Shown here: positions 38,941-48,183 of the stretch, one piece after another
How the letters are laid out: each line of letters begins with the position of its first letter
Numbering within the stretch: position 1 is the stretch's first letter
Assembly: GCA_963719225.1 (NCBI GenBank)
Contig: CAVRAY010000001.1
Location: 832,001-896,000, forward strand
Reading direction: 5' to 3'
DNA from: Thermoanaerobaculia bacterium
Lineage (GTDB): Bacteria; Acidobacteriota; Thermoanaerobaculia; UBA5066
DNA length: 64,000 nucleotides
Made by a program: the position numbers and the translations under genes
The notes under the pieces: model-generated
Told to the model about the DNA's origin: nothing
What the model saw: only the letters and a program-made list of their open reading frames with translations
Database searches by the model: none

Positions 38941-39569
38941 TGCCGGGGCGATACAACCTCGCGCACCGGCCGTTCGTCGACACGCGCCCCGCGAACCTGG
39001 CGGCGGGTTCTCTCGCGCTTCTCGTGGCCGGTCTATCGTTCGTCGCCGCGCGGACCGTGACCCGCTATTTCGCCGACTCGAGCCGGACGCGGGCGTCGAT
39101 CGCGAGCCTGAGAGCCGAGATCTCGAGCCTCGAGGAAGCGCGTCAGAAAGCCACGGCGTCTCTGGCGCGCGTCGACGTCGGCTCGCTGGCCTCGGACGTG
39201 GAGGACGCGAACGAGATCGCGCTGAGGCGCGCCTTCTCGTGGACGCGGTTCCTGACGCGTCTCGAAAGGACCCTGCCGGCCGACCTCCGCATCGCGTCGA
39301 TCGCCCTTCAGAAGGTGACGGGACCTTCCGGGCCGAACGCCTCGGGGCACCGCGCCACGACGGACACGGTCCTCGTGACTCTGACCCTCATCTCGCGCGA
39401 CCCGAACGGCCTGCCGAAGACGATCCGCGCGTTCGACGCCTCGCCATGGTTCGAGAAACCCACTCCGACGAGCGAAGACCGGGGCGAGAAGGGCTTACCG
39501 GAAGGCCGCCGTCTCGTCCTCAGGGTCGAGTACCACGACGTCGAAGGCCGGGGGGAGGGGCGTCCGTGA
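38937..39569 (+). CDS. PilN-like protein
   Basis: NLAHRPF (INL-like), TM helix, coiled coil, SWTRFLTRLE.TLP. Confidence 0.7.
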   Translation: MMPGRYNLAHRPFVDTRPANLAAGSLALLVAGLSFVAARTVTRYFADSSRTRASIASLRAEISSLEEARQKATASLARVDVGSLASDVEDANEIALRRAFSWTRFLTRLERTLPADLRIASIALQKVTGPSGPNASGHRATTDTVLVTLTLISRDPNGLPKTIRAFDASPWFEKPTPTSEDRGEKGLPEGRRLVLRVEYHDVEGRGEGRP

Positions 39570-40297
39570 GCGCGCCGCCCCCGACGGCCGCCCTCACGGC
39601 CGGCGAACGGATCCGCCGGCTCTTTCCACTTGCGCGCGCGGGCGGAATCCGCAGGTCGCCGTGGCGGGCGCGGTTGCCGCTCTTCGCGGTGCTCGTTCTC
39701 CTCCTCGTCGCGGCCACGGCCGTCCTGATCGGCTATCACGCCTTCTACGACGAGCGGTTCAAGGCTCTCGAAAGAACACGCGCCGAGCTGGAGGGCAAGC
39801 GCGACCACGCCGCCGAGGCCGCGCGCCGGGTCGTCAAGACCGAGGAGCGCCTGCGCGCGCTGCAGAAAGACCTCGAGGACTTCAACCGCGACGTCCTCGG
39901 GGGGCGCAAGGAGCGTCTCGCCGCCGTCATCGAGGACGTCTACAAGCTCACCGAAAAGGCCGGTACCGTACCGGGCCAGATCTCGTACTCCTTCGACGAG
40001 GTCGGCGCCGCAACGCGCCTCGCGCTGCAGTTCAACGTGCAGGGGCGGTACGCCGACATCAAGAAGCTCCTCTTCTCCTTCGAGAGCAACCCGCGCTTCC
40101 TGCTGCTCGAGAGCGTCGCCCTCGCGACGGACGACACCCAACCCGACGTGCTTCGCCTGAATCTGACCGTCGCGCACTATTTCCGGCCCGACGATTCCTC
40201 CGCGCCGCGTCGCGGCACGCACGGCGGCCGGACCGGAACGGTTCGTGCCGCCGGGCCCGCGTCACCCAGCCCGGCCGCGCGTGGAGTCGCGCAATGA
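39566..40297 (+). CDS. PilO/GspM-like protein
   Basis: TM helix, coiled coil, VQGRYADIKKLL..FE motif. Confidence 0.7.
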   Translation: MSAPPPTAALTAGERIRRLFPLARAGGIRRSPWRARLPLFAVLVLLLVAATAVLIGYHAFYDERFKALERTRAELEGKRDHAAEAARRVVKTEERLRALQKDLEDFNRDVLGGRKERLAAVIEDVYKLTEKAGTVPGQISYSFDEVGAATRLALQFNVQGRYADIKKLLFSFESNPRFLLLESVALATDDTQPDVLRLNLTVAHYFRPDDSSAPRRGTHGGRTGTVRAAGPASPSPAARGVAQ

Positions 40298-40887
40298 GCG
40301 CGCGCGGGAAGGCTCCGAAGTCGAACCTCAAGCTCCTCCTCCTCGTGCTCGGGGGGGTCCTGGCGTTCGCGGCTCTGTCCTATCTGCCGAAGGGTTCCGA
40401 AACTCCGGAAGCCGCCGTGGCGACGGCGCCATCGAGTCGTCCGAGCACGGCGCGCGGCGCCTCCGACCCGGAGTCGATTCCCGACCTGACGCACGTCGTC
40501 CCGCGTGGCGCCGACAAGGAGGTCGGCCGAAACGTCTTCCGCTTCTTCGAGTCGCCGACCCCGACGCCCCGGCCGACGCCGATTCCGACGCCGACACCGA
40601 TCCTGCCGGGCAGCCCTCTGTTCGTCGGTGCGATGCCCATCCAGCCGACGCCGACTCCGACGCCGATCATTCCGCCGGCGATTCCGTTCAAGGTCCTCGG
40701 CTTCTTCGGGTCTCGCGAGGCCCCGATCGTTTCGCTGGAAGAAGGGGGCCGGATCATCAACGCACGCGAGGGAGACACCGTGGACGGCCGCTTCATCATC
40801 CGGAAGATCAACCGCGAGTCCGTCGACTTCGCGTTCACCGGTCTCCCGCCCGAGATCACCCGACGCATTCCGATCCCGCTTCCGTGA
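40294..40887 (+). CDS. PilP/GspC-like protein
   Basis: TM helix, RNVFRF, Pro/Thr linker, REGDTVDGRFIIRKI beta domain. Confidence 0.6.
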   Translation: MSARGKAPKSNLKLLLLVLGGVLAFAALSYLPKGSETPEAAVATAPSSRPSTARGASDPESIPDLTHVVPRGADKEVGRNVFRFFESPTPTPRPTPIPTPTPILPGSPLFVGAMPIQPTPTPTPIIPPAIPFKVLGFFGSREAPIVSLEEGGRIINAREGDTVDGRFIIRKINRESVDFAFTGLPPEITRRIPIPLP

Positions 40888-40909
40888 GGCGGGAGATGAA
40901 GGACACCGC

Positions 40910-43408
40910 ATGACGACGATACGAAACGGCCGAGCTTCCCTCCGCTCTGCGCGCCGACCGGGCCTGGCCGCCGCCCTCGTCTTCGCGCTCGCAGCCTCCG
41001 CCTGTGCGTCCTCGCGCGCTTACCAGGAGGGCGAGCGCGAGGAAGCGCGCAAGCACTGGGATCTCGCGGTCCTCGCCTACGAGAAAGCGCTCTCCCTCGA
41101 CCCGAAGGACTCGGCCGCCCGCATTTCCCTCCAGCGCGCGCGCTTTCAGGCGGCGCAGGCCCATTACGAGCGCGGGCGGCTGCACAGGTCCGCCGGCCAG
41201 CTCGACCTCGCGGTTTCCGAGCTCGAAGTCTCGATCGCCCTCGACTCCACGAACGACTCGGCGCTCCAGGAATTGCGGCGGGCCAGAGCCGACATCGAGA
41301 CCCGCGAGCGGGACAACGCGGGCGGCACTCCGGTCGAGAAGGCGAAGGCGGCGGCGCGCGGAGTTCGCGGGGCGCCGCCGATGCTGAACCCGTCGTCGAC
41401 GAAGCCCATCGACGTCGCGTTCGCGCCCGACACGAACATCAAGAAGATCTATGCGGCCCTCGGAGCCGCCGCGGGCATCAACGTCATCTACGACCCCCAG
41501 CTCAAGGACGACCGCTTCACCCTGGACCTGCGCGGGATGACGTTCCAGAAAGCCCTCGAGACCGCGATGCGGCAGGCGGGCCACTTCTACAAGGTCATCG
41601 ACGAGCGGACGATCCTCATCGCGCAGGACACGCAGCAGAACCGCAAGGAGTACGAGGACCTGGTGATCCGGACGTTCTTCCTTTCGAACGGCGACGTGAA
41701 GGACGTCTCGGCCATGGTGCGGTCGATCCTCGACCTGCGCCGACTCGGTACGATCCCGGCGCTCAACGCCATCATCATCCGCGACACCGCCGACAAGGTG
41801 GCCGTGGCCGAGCGCCTCATCGAGGTGAACGACAAGGCGAAGTCCGAGGTCGTCGTGGACGTCGAGCTGCTCCAGGTGAACACCAGCAAGCTTCTGGATC
41901 TCGGCACCGTCCTGTCGGCGCGATCCCCGTTGACGGTGGCGACCGTCGTCCCGGGCGCCGGAAGCGGCGCCACGGCCGCCGCCGCTTCGCTGCCGTGGAA
42001 CGCGATCAAAGGCCTTGGGATCAACGACTTCTTGTTCACGATCCCCACCGTCTCGTTCAATTTCGTGAAGGACAACACCGACGCCGAGGTGCTCGCGAAA
42101 CCGCAGCTCCGGATCGCGGAGGGCGAGAAAGCCCAGCTCGTCATCGGCGACCGCGTCCCGATCCCCGTCACGACCATCAACACGCAGCAAGCCGTCGGCT
42201 CGACGGGCGTCGTTCCCATCACGTCGTTCCAGTACCAGGACGTCGGCATCAAGATCGACATGGAGCCGCGCGTCCACCACAACAAGGAGGTCTCGCTCAA
42301 GCTCACGATCGAGGTCTCCCAGCTGAACGGATCCGTTACGGCGGGCGACGGATCGAAGCAGCCGATCATCAGTACGCGCACGATCACGTCGTCGATCCGG
42401 CTGAAGGACGGCGAGACGAACTTTCTCGCGGGCCTCATCCGAAAGGACTCGCAGAAGACGAAGAGCACGATCCCGTTCCTCGGCGACATTCCTCTCATCG
42501 GCGCGCTCTTTACGCACACGACGACGGACGACAGGCGGACGGACCTCTTCCTCACGCTCACCCCGCACATCATCCGGTCGCCACAGATCACGGAAGAGGA
42601 CCTCATTCCGATCTGGGTCGGCACGGAGAACAACGTCTCGTTCTCGGGCCTCAACACGCGCCTCGAGTCTCCGAACGCGCCGGGCTCCCCGTTCGACGCC
42701 GCGCAGCCTCCGGGGCGGCAGCCGATGCGGCCGGTGGGGGCGCCTCCCGTCACGAACCCGACCCTCCCGATCATCCAGGGCACGCCGCCGAACGACCCGT
42801 TCCGCCGCACGCCCACGCCGGTTCCCTTCACGCCGAGGACCTCGCGCGAGACGGCCGTGCCGGAGGCGCAGGCGTCTGTCGCCTCTTCGGGCGAGGGAAC
42901 CGGCGTGCCCGCGCAGGCTCTCGTCGCGAACACGAGCGTCGCAAATTCTGGCGCGGCTGCCGGGCCGGGGATCGTGTCCTCGCCGGCGGGTCCGATGCTC
43001 CGCCTCGCGGCGACGTCCGCCTCGATCGCTCCGGGCGAGGTCTCCGTCGTGAACGTGACGGGCGACTCCGGCCTCGAGACGCTCGGCGCGCTCGAGGTCA
43101 CGGTCGAGTGGGATCCCGCGGTGGCCGAGGTGACGGGAGTCGCCCCCGGCCCCTGGCGGAATGCCGAAGGCGCCGAGGCGATCCGCTTCGACTCGGAGCG
43201 CGTCGCCGGACGGGCGCGACTTCATTTCGCGCGCGTCGGCGGTTCGGCCGGCCTTCCCGGCGGCGTTCTCGCGAAGCTGGCGATGCGCGGCCTCGCGCCC
43301 GGGACCACGCTCGTGCGCGTCACGGCCGGCTCGGCTTCGACGCCGGCAGGAGCCACCCCGGCGCCGCGCGTCGAGGCCGCCTCCCTCACGGTGAAATCCG
43401 CCTCATGA
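40910..43408 (+). CDS. Secretin (GspD/PilQ family) with N-terminal TPRs and C-terminal cohesin-like domain
   Basis: Lipobox-like ASAC, TPR helices, FQYQDVGIKI, LKDGET..LAGLI, IPFLGDIPLIG.LF. Confidence 0.9.
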   Translation: MTTIRNGRASLRSARRPGLAAALVFALAASACASSRAYQEGEREEARKHWDLAVLAYEKALSLDPKDSAARISLQRARFQAAQAHYERGRLHRSAGQLDLAVSELEVSIALDSTNDSALQELRRARADIETRERDNAGGTPVEKAKAAARGVRGAPPMLNPSSTKPIDVAFAPDTNIKKIYAALGAAAGINVIYDPQLKDDRFTLDLRGMTFQKALETAMRQAGHFYKVIDERTILIAQDTQQNRKEYEDLVIRTFFLSNGDVKDVSAMVRSILDLRRLGTIPALNAIIIRDTADKVAVAERLIEVNDKAKSEVVVDVELLQVNTSKLLDLGTVLSARSPLTVATVVPGAGSGATAAAASLPWNAIKGLGINDFLFTIPTVSFNFVKDNTDAEVLAKPQLRIAEGEKAQLVIGDRVPIPVTTINTQQAVGSTGVVPITSFQYQDVGIKIDMEPRVHHNKEVSLKLTIEVSQLNGSVTAGDGSKQPIISTRTITSSIRLKDGETNFLAGLIRKDSQKTKSTIPFLGDIPLIGALFTHTTTDDRRTDLFLTLTPHIIRSPQITEEDLIPIWVGTENNVSFSGLNTRLESPNAPGSPFDAAQPPGRQPMRPVGAPPVTNPTLPIIQGTPPNDPFRRTPTPVPFTPRTSRETAVPEAQASVASSGEGTGVPAQALVANTSVANSGAAAGPGIVSSPAGPMLRLAATSASIAPGEVSVVNVTGDSGLETLGALEVTVEWDPAVAEVTGVAPGPWRNAEGAEAIRFDSERVAGRARLHFARVGGSAGLPGGVLAKLAMRGLAPGTTLVRVTAGSASTPAGATPAPRVEAASLTVKSAS

Positions 43409-43872
43409 TGCTTCCCCGGAGGGCGCGGCGCGGCTTTTCGCTCGTCGAGCTCGTGATCGTGTGCGCCTGCATCCTCATCCTCACGGCGATGATCGTCCCC
43501 GTGACGCGTTTCGGCGTCGTGCGGCAGAAGGAGATGGAGCTGCGCGAGGCGCTGCGCTCGATGCGGAGCGCGATCGACGACTACAAGCGGCTCTCGGACC
43601 AGGGCCTCATCCCCGTCGAACTCGACACGGAGGGCTATCCGAAGACGCTCGAGAAGCTCGTGGAAGGGGTCGAGCTCGTCGGACAGGTCAAGAAGAAGAA
43701 GAGGTTCCTCAGGAAGATCCCGTTCGACCCGATGACCGGCAAGGCGGAATGGGGGCTGAGGAGCTACCAGGACGATCCGGACGCGCGCTCGTGGGGCCGG
43801 CAGAACGTCTACGACGTCTATTCCCTGTCGCCGCTCACGGGCCTCGACAAGACCAAATACAAGGATTGGTGA
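43405..43872 (+). CDS. Pseudopilin (GspG-like)
   Basis: Prepilin motif GFSLVELVIV; YPKTLEKLV, LRKIPFDPMTG. Confidence 0.88.
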   Translation: MMLPRRARRGFSLVELVIVCACILILTAMIVPVTRFGVVRQKEMELREALRSMRSAIDDYKRLSDQGLIPVELDTEGYPKTLEKLVEGVELVGQVKKKKRFLRKIPFDPMTGKAEWGLRSYQDDPDARSWGRQNVYDVYSLSPLTGLDKTKYKDW

Positions 43873-44291
43873 TGCGAAGAGGAAAAGGCTCGACTTTTGG
43901 CTTCACTCGTGGCTTCACTCTCGTCGAGCTGCTCGTCGTCATGGCGATCCTGGGCATCCTCGTGGCGATCGCGGTCCCGCAGCTCCAGAAGGCGCCGATC
44001 CGCGCGAAGGAGGCCACGCTGAAAGAGGATCTCTTCACGTTTCGGACGTGCCTCGACCAGTACTACGCCGACAAGGGCCACTATCCGGACACGCTCCAGA
44101 CGCTCGTCACGGACAAGTACATCCGCAAGATCCCGATCGACCCGTTCACGAAATCGGCCGACACGTGGCAGGTCATCATGGAGGAGCCGGACTCGTCGGA
44201 GACCGCTTCGGCGGAGCCGCCGGGCATCATCGACGTCAAGAGCGGCTCGAAGCAGGTGTCCCTCGACGGGGCGCCGTACAACACGTGGTGA
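43872..44291 (+). CDS. Pseudopilin (GspG-like)
   Basis: GFTLVELLVVMAI; YPDTLQTLV, RKIPIDPFT. Confidence 0.9.
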   Translation: MRRGKGSTFGFTRGFTLVELLVVMAILGILVAIAVPQLQKAPIRAKEATLKEDLFTFRTCLDQYYADKGHYPDTLQTLVTDKYIRKIPIDPFTKSADTWQVIMEEPDSSETASAEPPGIIDVKSGSKQVSLDGAPYNTW

Positions 44292-44295
44292 AGGG

Positions 44296-44892
44296 GTGAA
44301 GGGAAGCCGCGGATACACGCTCGTCGCGCTCATCATCGGGATGACGGTGATGATGATCCTCATCGCCGCGGTTCTCCCGATGGCGTCTGCCGAGGCGCAG
44401 CGCGACAAGGAAGCGGAGCTCGTCTTCCGCGGCTTTCAGTACGCCGAGGGGATCCGCAACTTCCGGCGCCGGTACGGCCGGTATCCCAACACGCTCAAGG
44501 AGATGTTCGAGATGCGCCCGCGCACGCTGCGCAAGCTCTGGAAGGACCCGATCACGAACTCGGACAAGTGGGGCCTCATCACGCAGGCCGGGGCGCCCGT
44601 GACGACGTCGGGCGGGGGAACCGTTCCGCCGGGCGGGGGCAAGGTGCCCACTCCCGCGCCGACGCCCACCGTTTCGCCTTTTTCCACGCCGTCGTCGGGC
44701 GCGCCCGGCGGCGACCAGCCGCCCGGCCCGATCCTGGGCGTCTACTCCACGTCGAAGAAGAAGGGCTACCGGATGTTCTCGGGGCGCGAGAACTACAACG
44801 AGTGGCGCTTCACGGAGCAGACGCTCCTCAACCAGTCGCCCACGACGAACGCTCCGTTCCCCGGGCCCGGCACCTCCTTCCCGAAGCGCTGA
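44296..44892 (+). CDS. Minor pseudopilin-like protein (no Glu5)
   Basis: GYTLVAL prepilin motif; YPNTL, LWKDPIT, YNEWRF. Confidence 0.8.
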   Translation: MKGSRGYTLVALIIGMTVMMILIAAVLPMASAEAQRDKEAELVFRGFQYAEGIRNFRRRYGRYPNTLKEMFEMRPRTLRKLWKDPITNSDKWGLITQAGAPVTTSGGGTVPPGGGKVPTPAPTPTVSPFSTPSSGAPGGDQPPGPILGVYSTSKKKGYRMFSGRENYNEWRFTEQTLLNQSPTTNAPFPGPGTSFPKR

Positions 44893-45095
44893 GTCGCGAG
44901 CCGCGAGGGATCTACTCGGGCCCTCGTCTCACTTGCGCAGCGCGAGCTTCTCGAGGACGCCGGCATCCTCGAGGCGCGACGCGAGAGCGAGCGCCTTTCG
45001 AAGATTCTGGGCAGGCTGCCCCATGGAGAACGTGTTCTCGCGAGGGCGCCGCCGACCGCGTCGTCGTCCGTATGGGTGCTTCATGGCATCAACGA

Positions 45096-46275
45096 TCATC
45101 GCACCACAGCATCAACGATGCGCCGCGTCCGTGCCGCGTCGCGCACGGCGGGCGCGAGGACCTGCGCGGAGAGCGCGTGGCCTTTCGCGCTCCAGTGGAT
45201 GCCGGTCGGAAGGAAGAGGCGTTCGCCCGCCTTCGTCGCGTCGCGGAACGCGGGAAGGAGATCGACGACCGGAAGATCGCGGCGCGCGCAGGCGTCCTTC
45301 AGGCGGAAGAAGCCGTCCTCGTCGAGAGCGTCCGGGCCGAGGCCGTAGATCTTGAGGACCTTCTGCTTCGCGACGTCGTCCACGAGGAAGCGGGGAGGAA
45401 CGGTGAAGACGATCGGCGAGGCGTCGAGGGCACGGGTCTCTCTCTCGAGCGCGCCGAGAAGCGCCCACGTCAGCGCGAACTCCGGCTCGCGCGCGGGGGG
45501 CGCGCTGCGCAGCGAGAGGTCGACCATCACGGGCCGCGTCTCTGGCTCGACCCGGTCCGCGCCCGTCCCGAACGCGCGTCGCGCCAGCGACCAGAGGTGG
45601 GAGCGCGACCCGAGAGCCGCGTCGAGGCGGCGGGCGACGGAGCGATTCATCGCGTTCGCCGGAGGCACGAGCGCGAGGGAGTCACCCGCGAGGAGGAATC
45701 GGGGTTTCGGCCTGCCGTACATCTCGACGCTCGCGTTCTCCATCACGTCGTTCCAGAAGAAGCCGACGAGGACGAGGTCGGGCGAGAGGCGGGCTCCCCA
45801 GCGGCGGAGAGTCAGGAGGGCCTGGTCCGTCCCGTACCCGGGCACGCCGAGGTTGATCACCTCGAACGACGGGCCGAGGAGATCGGCGAGAGGTCTCGTC
45901 ACCGGCTCGTCCTGCCTGACGCCGCTCCCGAAGACGAAGGAATCGCCGAGCACGACGACGCGCGTCACACCCGGGACCTTATTCCCGTGGTCCACGTCCC
46001 GGAACCCGAGCGCGTTCGTCGCGAGATCCGCCTGCCACGGTTCGTCGCTCGCGAGACCGGAGACGTTCGGCCGGAGCGTCCAGCCGAGCTCAGGATCGGC
46101 CGCGACGAGCGGCCCGCCCGCGGCCGGGGCGCCGTAGCGCTCGGCGAGGGGCTGCGGAAAGAAGAGCCTGAGGCCGGCCTCGGCGAGAGCGAGACCGAGC
46201 ACGAGCGCGGCGAGCGCGATCCCGGCGTTCTTCCCGGCTTCTCTCGAGGGGATTCTTCGCTCCTTTCCCCGCCAT
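45096..46275 (-). CDS. SGNH/GDSL hydrolase family membrane-anchored protein (5' end uncertain)
   Basis: LGDSFVFG, NLGVPGYGTDQ, ND, GIHWS..GH; TM extends upstream of GTG 46202. Confidence 0.8.
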
Positions 46276-46307
46276 TGTCACCCGACACTATGAGGCGTCG
46301 CTCCTCG

Positions 46308-46413
46308 AGCGGTGAAGGGGGTTCGGGGGAAACAGGAACCTGTTTCCCCCGCTCACTCGCAGAATCTAGGCCCGCCCATCCGGTCAGACCGCGAAGCGGT
46401 CTGCGGGCCTAGA
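46308..46413. repeat. Two adjacent bulged hairpins (REP-like)
   Basis: CGGGGGAAACAGG-aa-CCTGTTTCCCCCG and TCTAGGCCCG...CAGACCGC-gaa-GCGGTCTGCGGGCCTAGA. Confidence 0.7.
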
Positions 46414-46420
46414 ATCAGCC

Positions 46421-47725
46421 GTGCTCGTGAGGAAGCTCCCGGACGGGACGGCGGTGTGGCTGGACCCGATGCGCGACGTGCGAAGCCTCGCGCTCTCGAT
46501 CACGATGGCGGGCGGCTCGGCCTCCGAGGACCCTCTCGAGCGCGGCGCGACGCACTTCCTCGAGCACCTCCTCTTCAAGAGAACACGCCTGCGCTCGGGC
46601 GCCGCGGTCGCGCGGATCACCGACCGGCTCGGGGGCGACTGCGACGCGTACACCACGAAGGAGTGCGTTTCGTTCCACGCGCGCGTGCCGGCGGAGCGGG
46701 CGGAAGAGGCCGTCGATCTCCTCGTCGACCTCACGTCCGCGCCCGCGTTCACGGCCGCGGACGTGGAGGTGGAGCGCGGCGTCATCCTCGAGGAGATGGC
46801 CGAGGCCGAGGACGCGCCCGACGACCTCCTGCACGAGAGCTTCCTCCGGCGCCTCTGGCCCCGGCACGCCCTCGGCGCGCCGATTCTCGGAACGGCGGCC
46901 ACCGTGAAGAGCCTCACCCACACGGGGCTCGTCCGGCGGTTCCGCGCGATCGCCCGGCCCGAGCGAACGCTCGTCGCGGCCGCCGGCGCGTTCGACCCCG
47001 ATCGCCTCGTCGCGCTCTTCTCGCGCGGACGTGCGCGGCGGGAGGCGCCTCCGGCTGTCTTCGCGCCCGCGGAGCGGAAGCCTCGCGCCGCCCGCTGCGC
47101 GTTTCACCTCGCACGGCCGGACCTCCAGCAGACGCACCTTCTCGTGGGGGGGCCGACGATCCCGTTCGGGCATCCGCTCGTGCCGGCGGCGTGGATCGCG
47201 ACCGAGGTCCTGGGCGGCGGCGTGTCGTCCCGCCTCTGGCGCGACGTGCGCGAGCGGCGCGGCCTCGCGTATGCCGTCGGGACCGGCCTGACGCTGCATC
47301 GCGAGGCCGGGGTCGCTCTCGTCTCGGCGGCGACTCAGCCGAAGAATCTCGCGCGCCTCGTCGCGACGACGGCCCGCGCGCTCAGGCGCTTCCGCGAGGA
47401 GGGAGTCACGCGCTCGGAGCTGAGGCGCGCGAAGAACCTCTTTCACGCGGAAGCCGCTCTCTCTCTGGAGTCCACGGCCGCGCGCCGCGAGAAGGCGGTG
47501 CAGTCCTGGCTGTACAGGGGCCATCCTTACCCGACGGAGGAGTTCCTCGCCGACGTGGACCGCGTGACGGCGGAAGACGTGTCCGCCGCGATCCGGCTCC
47601 TCTACGGCGCGCGGGACGCGGGGCGCCTCGGCCTCGGCGTCGCGGGGCCGCTTCCCGCGGGGGAACGGCCGGAGGCCTTCGCGTTGAGCCTCGCGGACGA
47701 CGTCGCCGAGGTGCTGGCGGCATGA
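46421..47725 (+). CDS. M16 family zinc metallopeptidase
   Basis: HFLEH inverted zinc motif, SSRLW..VRE.RGLAY. Confidence 0.92.
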   Translation: MLVRKLPDGTAVWLDPMRDVRSLALSITMAGGSASEDPLERGATHFLEHLLFKRTRLRSGAAVARITDRLGGDCDAYTTKECVSFHARVPAERAEEAVDLLVDLTSAPAFTAADVEVERGVILEEMAEAEDAPDDLLHESFLRRLWPRHALGAPILGTAATVKSLTHTGLVRRFRAIARPERTLVAAAGAFDPDRLVALFSRGRARREAPPAVFAPAERKPRAARCAFHLARPDLQQTHLLVGGPTIPFGHPLVPAAWIATEVLGGGVSSRLWRDVRERRGLAYAVGTGLTLHREAGVALVSAATQPKNLARLVATTARALRRFREEGVTRSELRRAKNLFHAEAALSLESTAARREKAVQSWLYRGHPYPTEEFLADVDRVTAEDVSAAIRLLYGARDAGRLGLGVAGPLPAGERPEAFALSLADDVAEVLAA

Positions 47726-48183
47726 CGGCGGGCGCGAGCGTCCCCGTTCGCTACCGGATCGCAGAGGCCTTCCGGGACCTCGCGCCTCCCGTCTACGCCT
47801 CCGACGGCGCCGCCGGCGCCGACCTGCGCGCGGCCCTCGAAGAGCCTCTCGTCCTGGCTCCGGGCCAGCGCACCCTCGTTCCCACCGGCCTCGTCCTCGA
47901 GATCCCCAGGGGCTTCGAGGGCCAGGTGCGCGCCCGCTCCGGCCTTGCCCTCCGGCAGGGGCTGGCGCTTGCGAACGGCGTCGGGACGATCGACGCGGAT
48001 TACCGCGGCGAGGTCGGCGTCCTCATCGTGAATCTGGGCACGGAGCCCGTGACCTTGACGCGCGGCGACCGGATCGCGCAGCTCGTGATCGCGCCGGTGG
48101 CGCGCGCCGTCTTCGAGGACGCGGTCGACCTCGTCGACACGGCGCGGGGAGCCGGCGGCTTCGGCAGCACGGGGGCCCGGTGA
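47722..48183 (+). CDS. dut: dUTP diphosphatase
   Basis: AGADL, RSGLA, GTIDADYRGE, RIAQL, RGAGGFGSTG. Confidence 0.96.
   Translation: MTAGASVPVRYRIAEAFRDLAPPVYASDGAAGADLRAALEEPLVLAPGQRTLVPTGLVLEIPRGFEGQVRARSGLALRQGLALANGVGTIDADYRGEVGVLIVNLGTEPVTLTRGDRIAQLVIAPVARAVFEDAVDLVDTARGAGGFGSTGAR

Noticed and set aside
40550-40680. CCGACG tandem repeats
   Set aside because: Encode an ordinary Pro-Thr linker in the PilP-like protein
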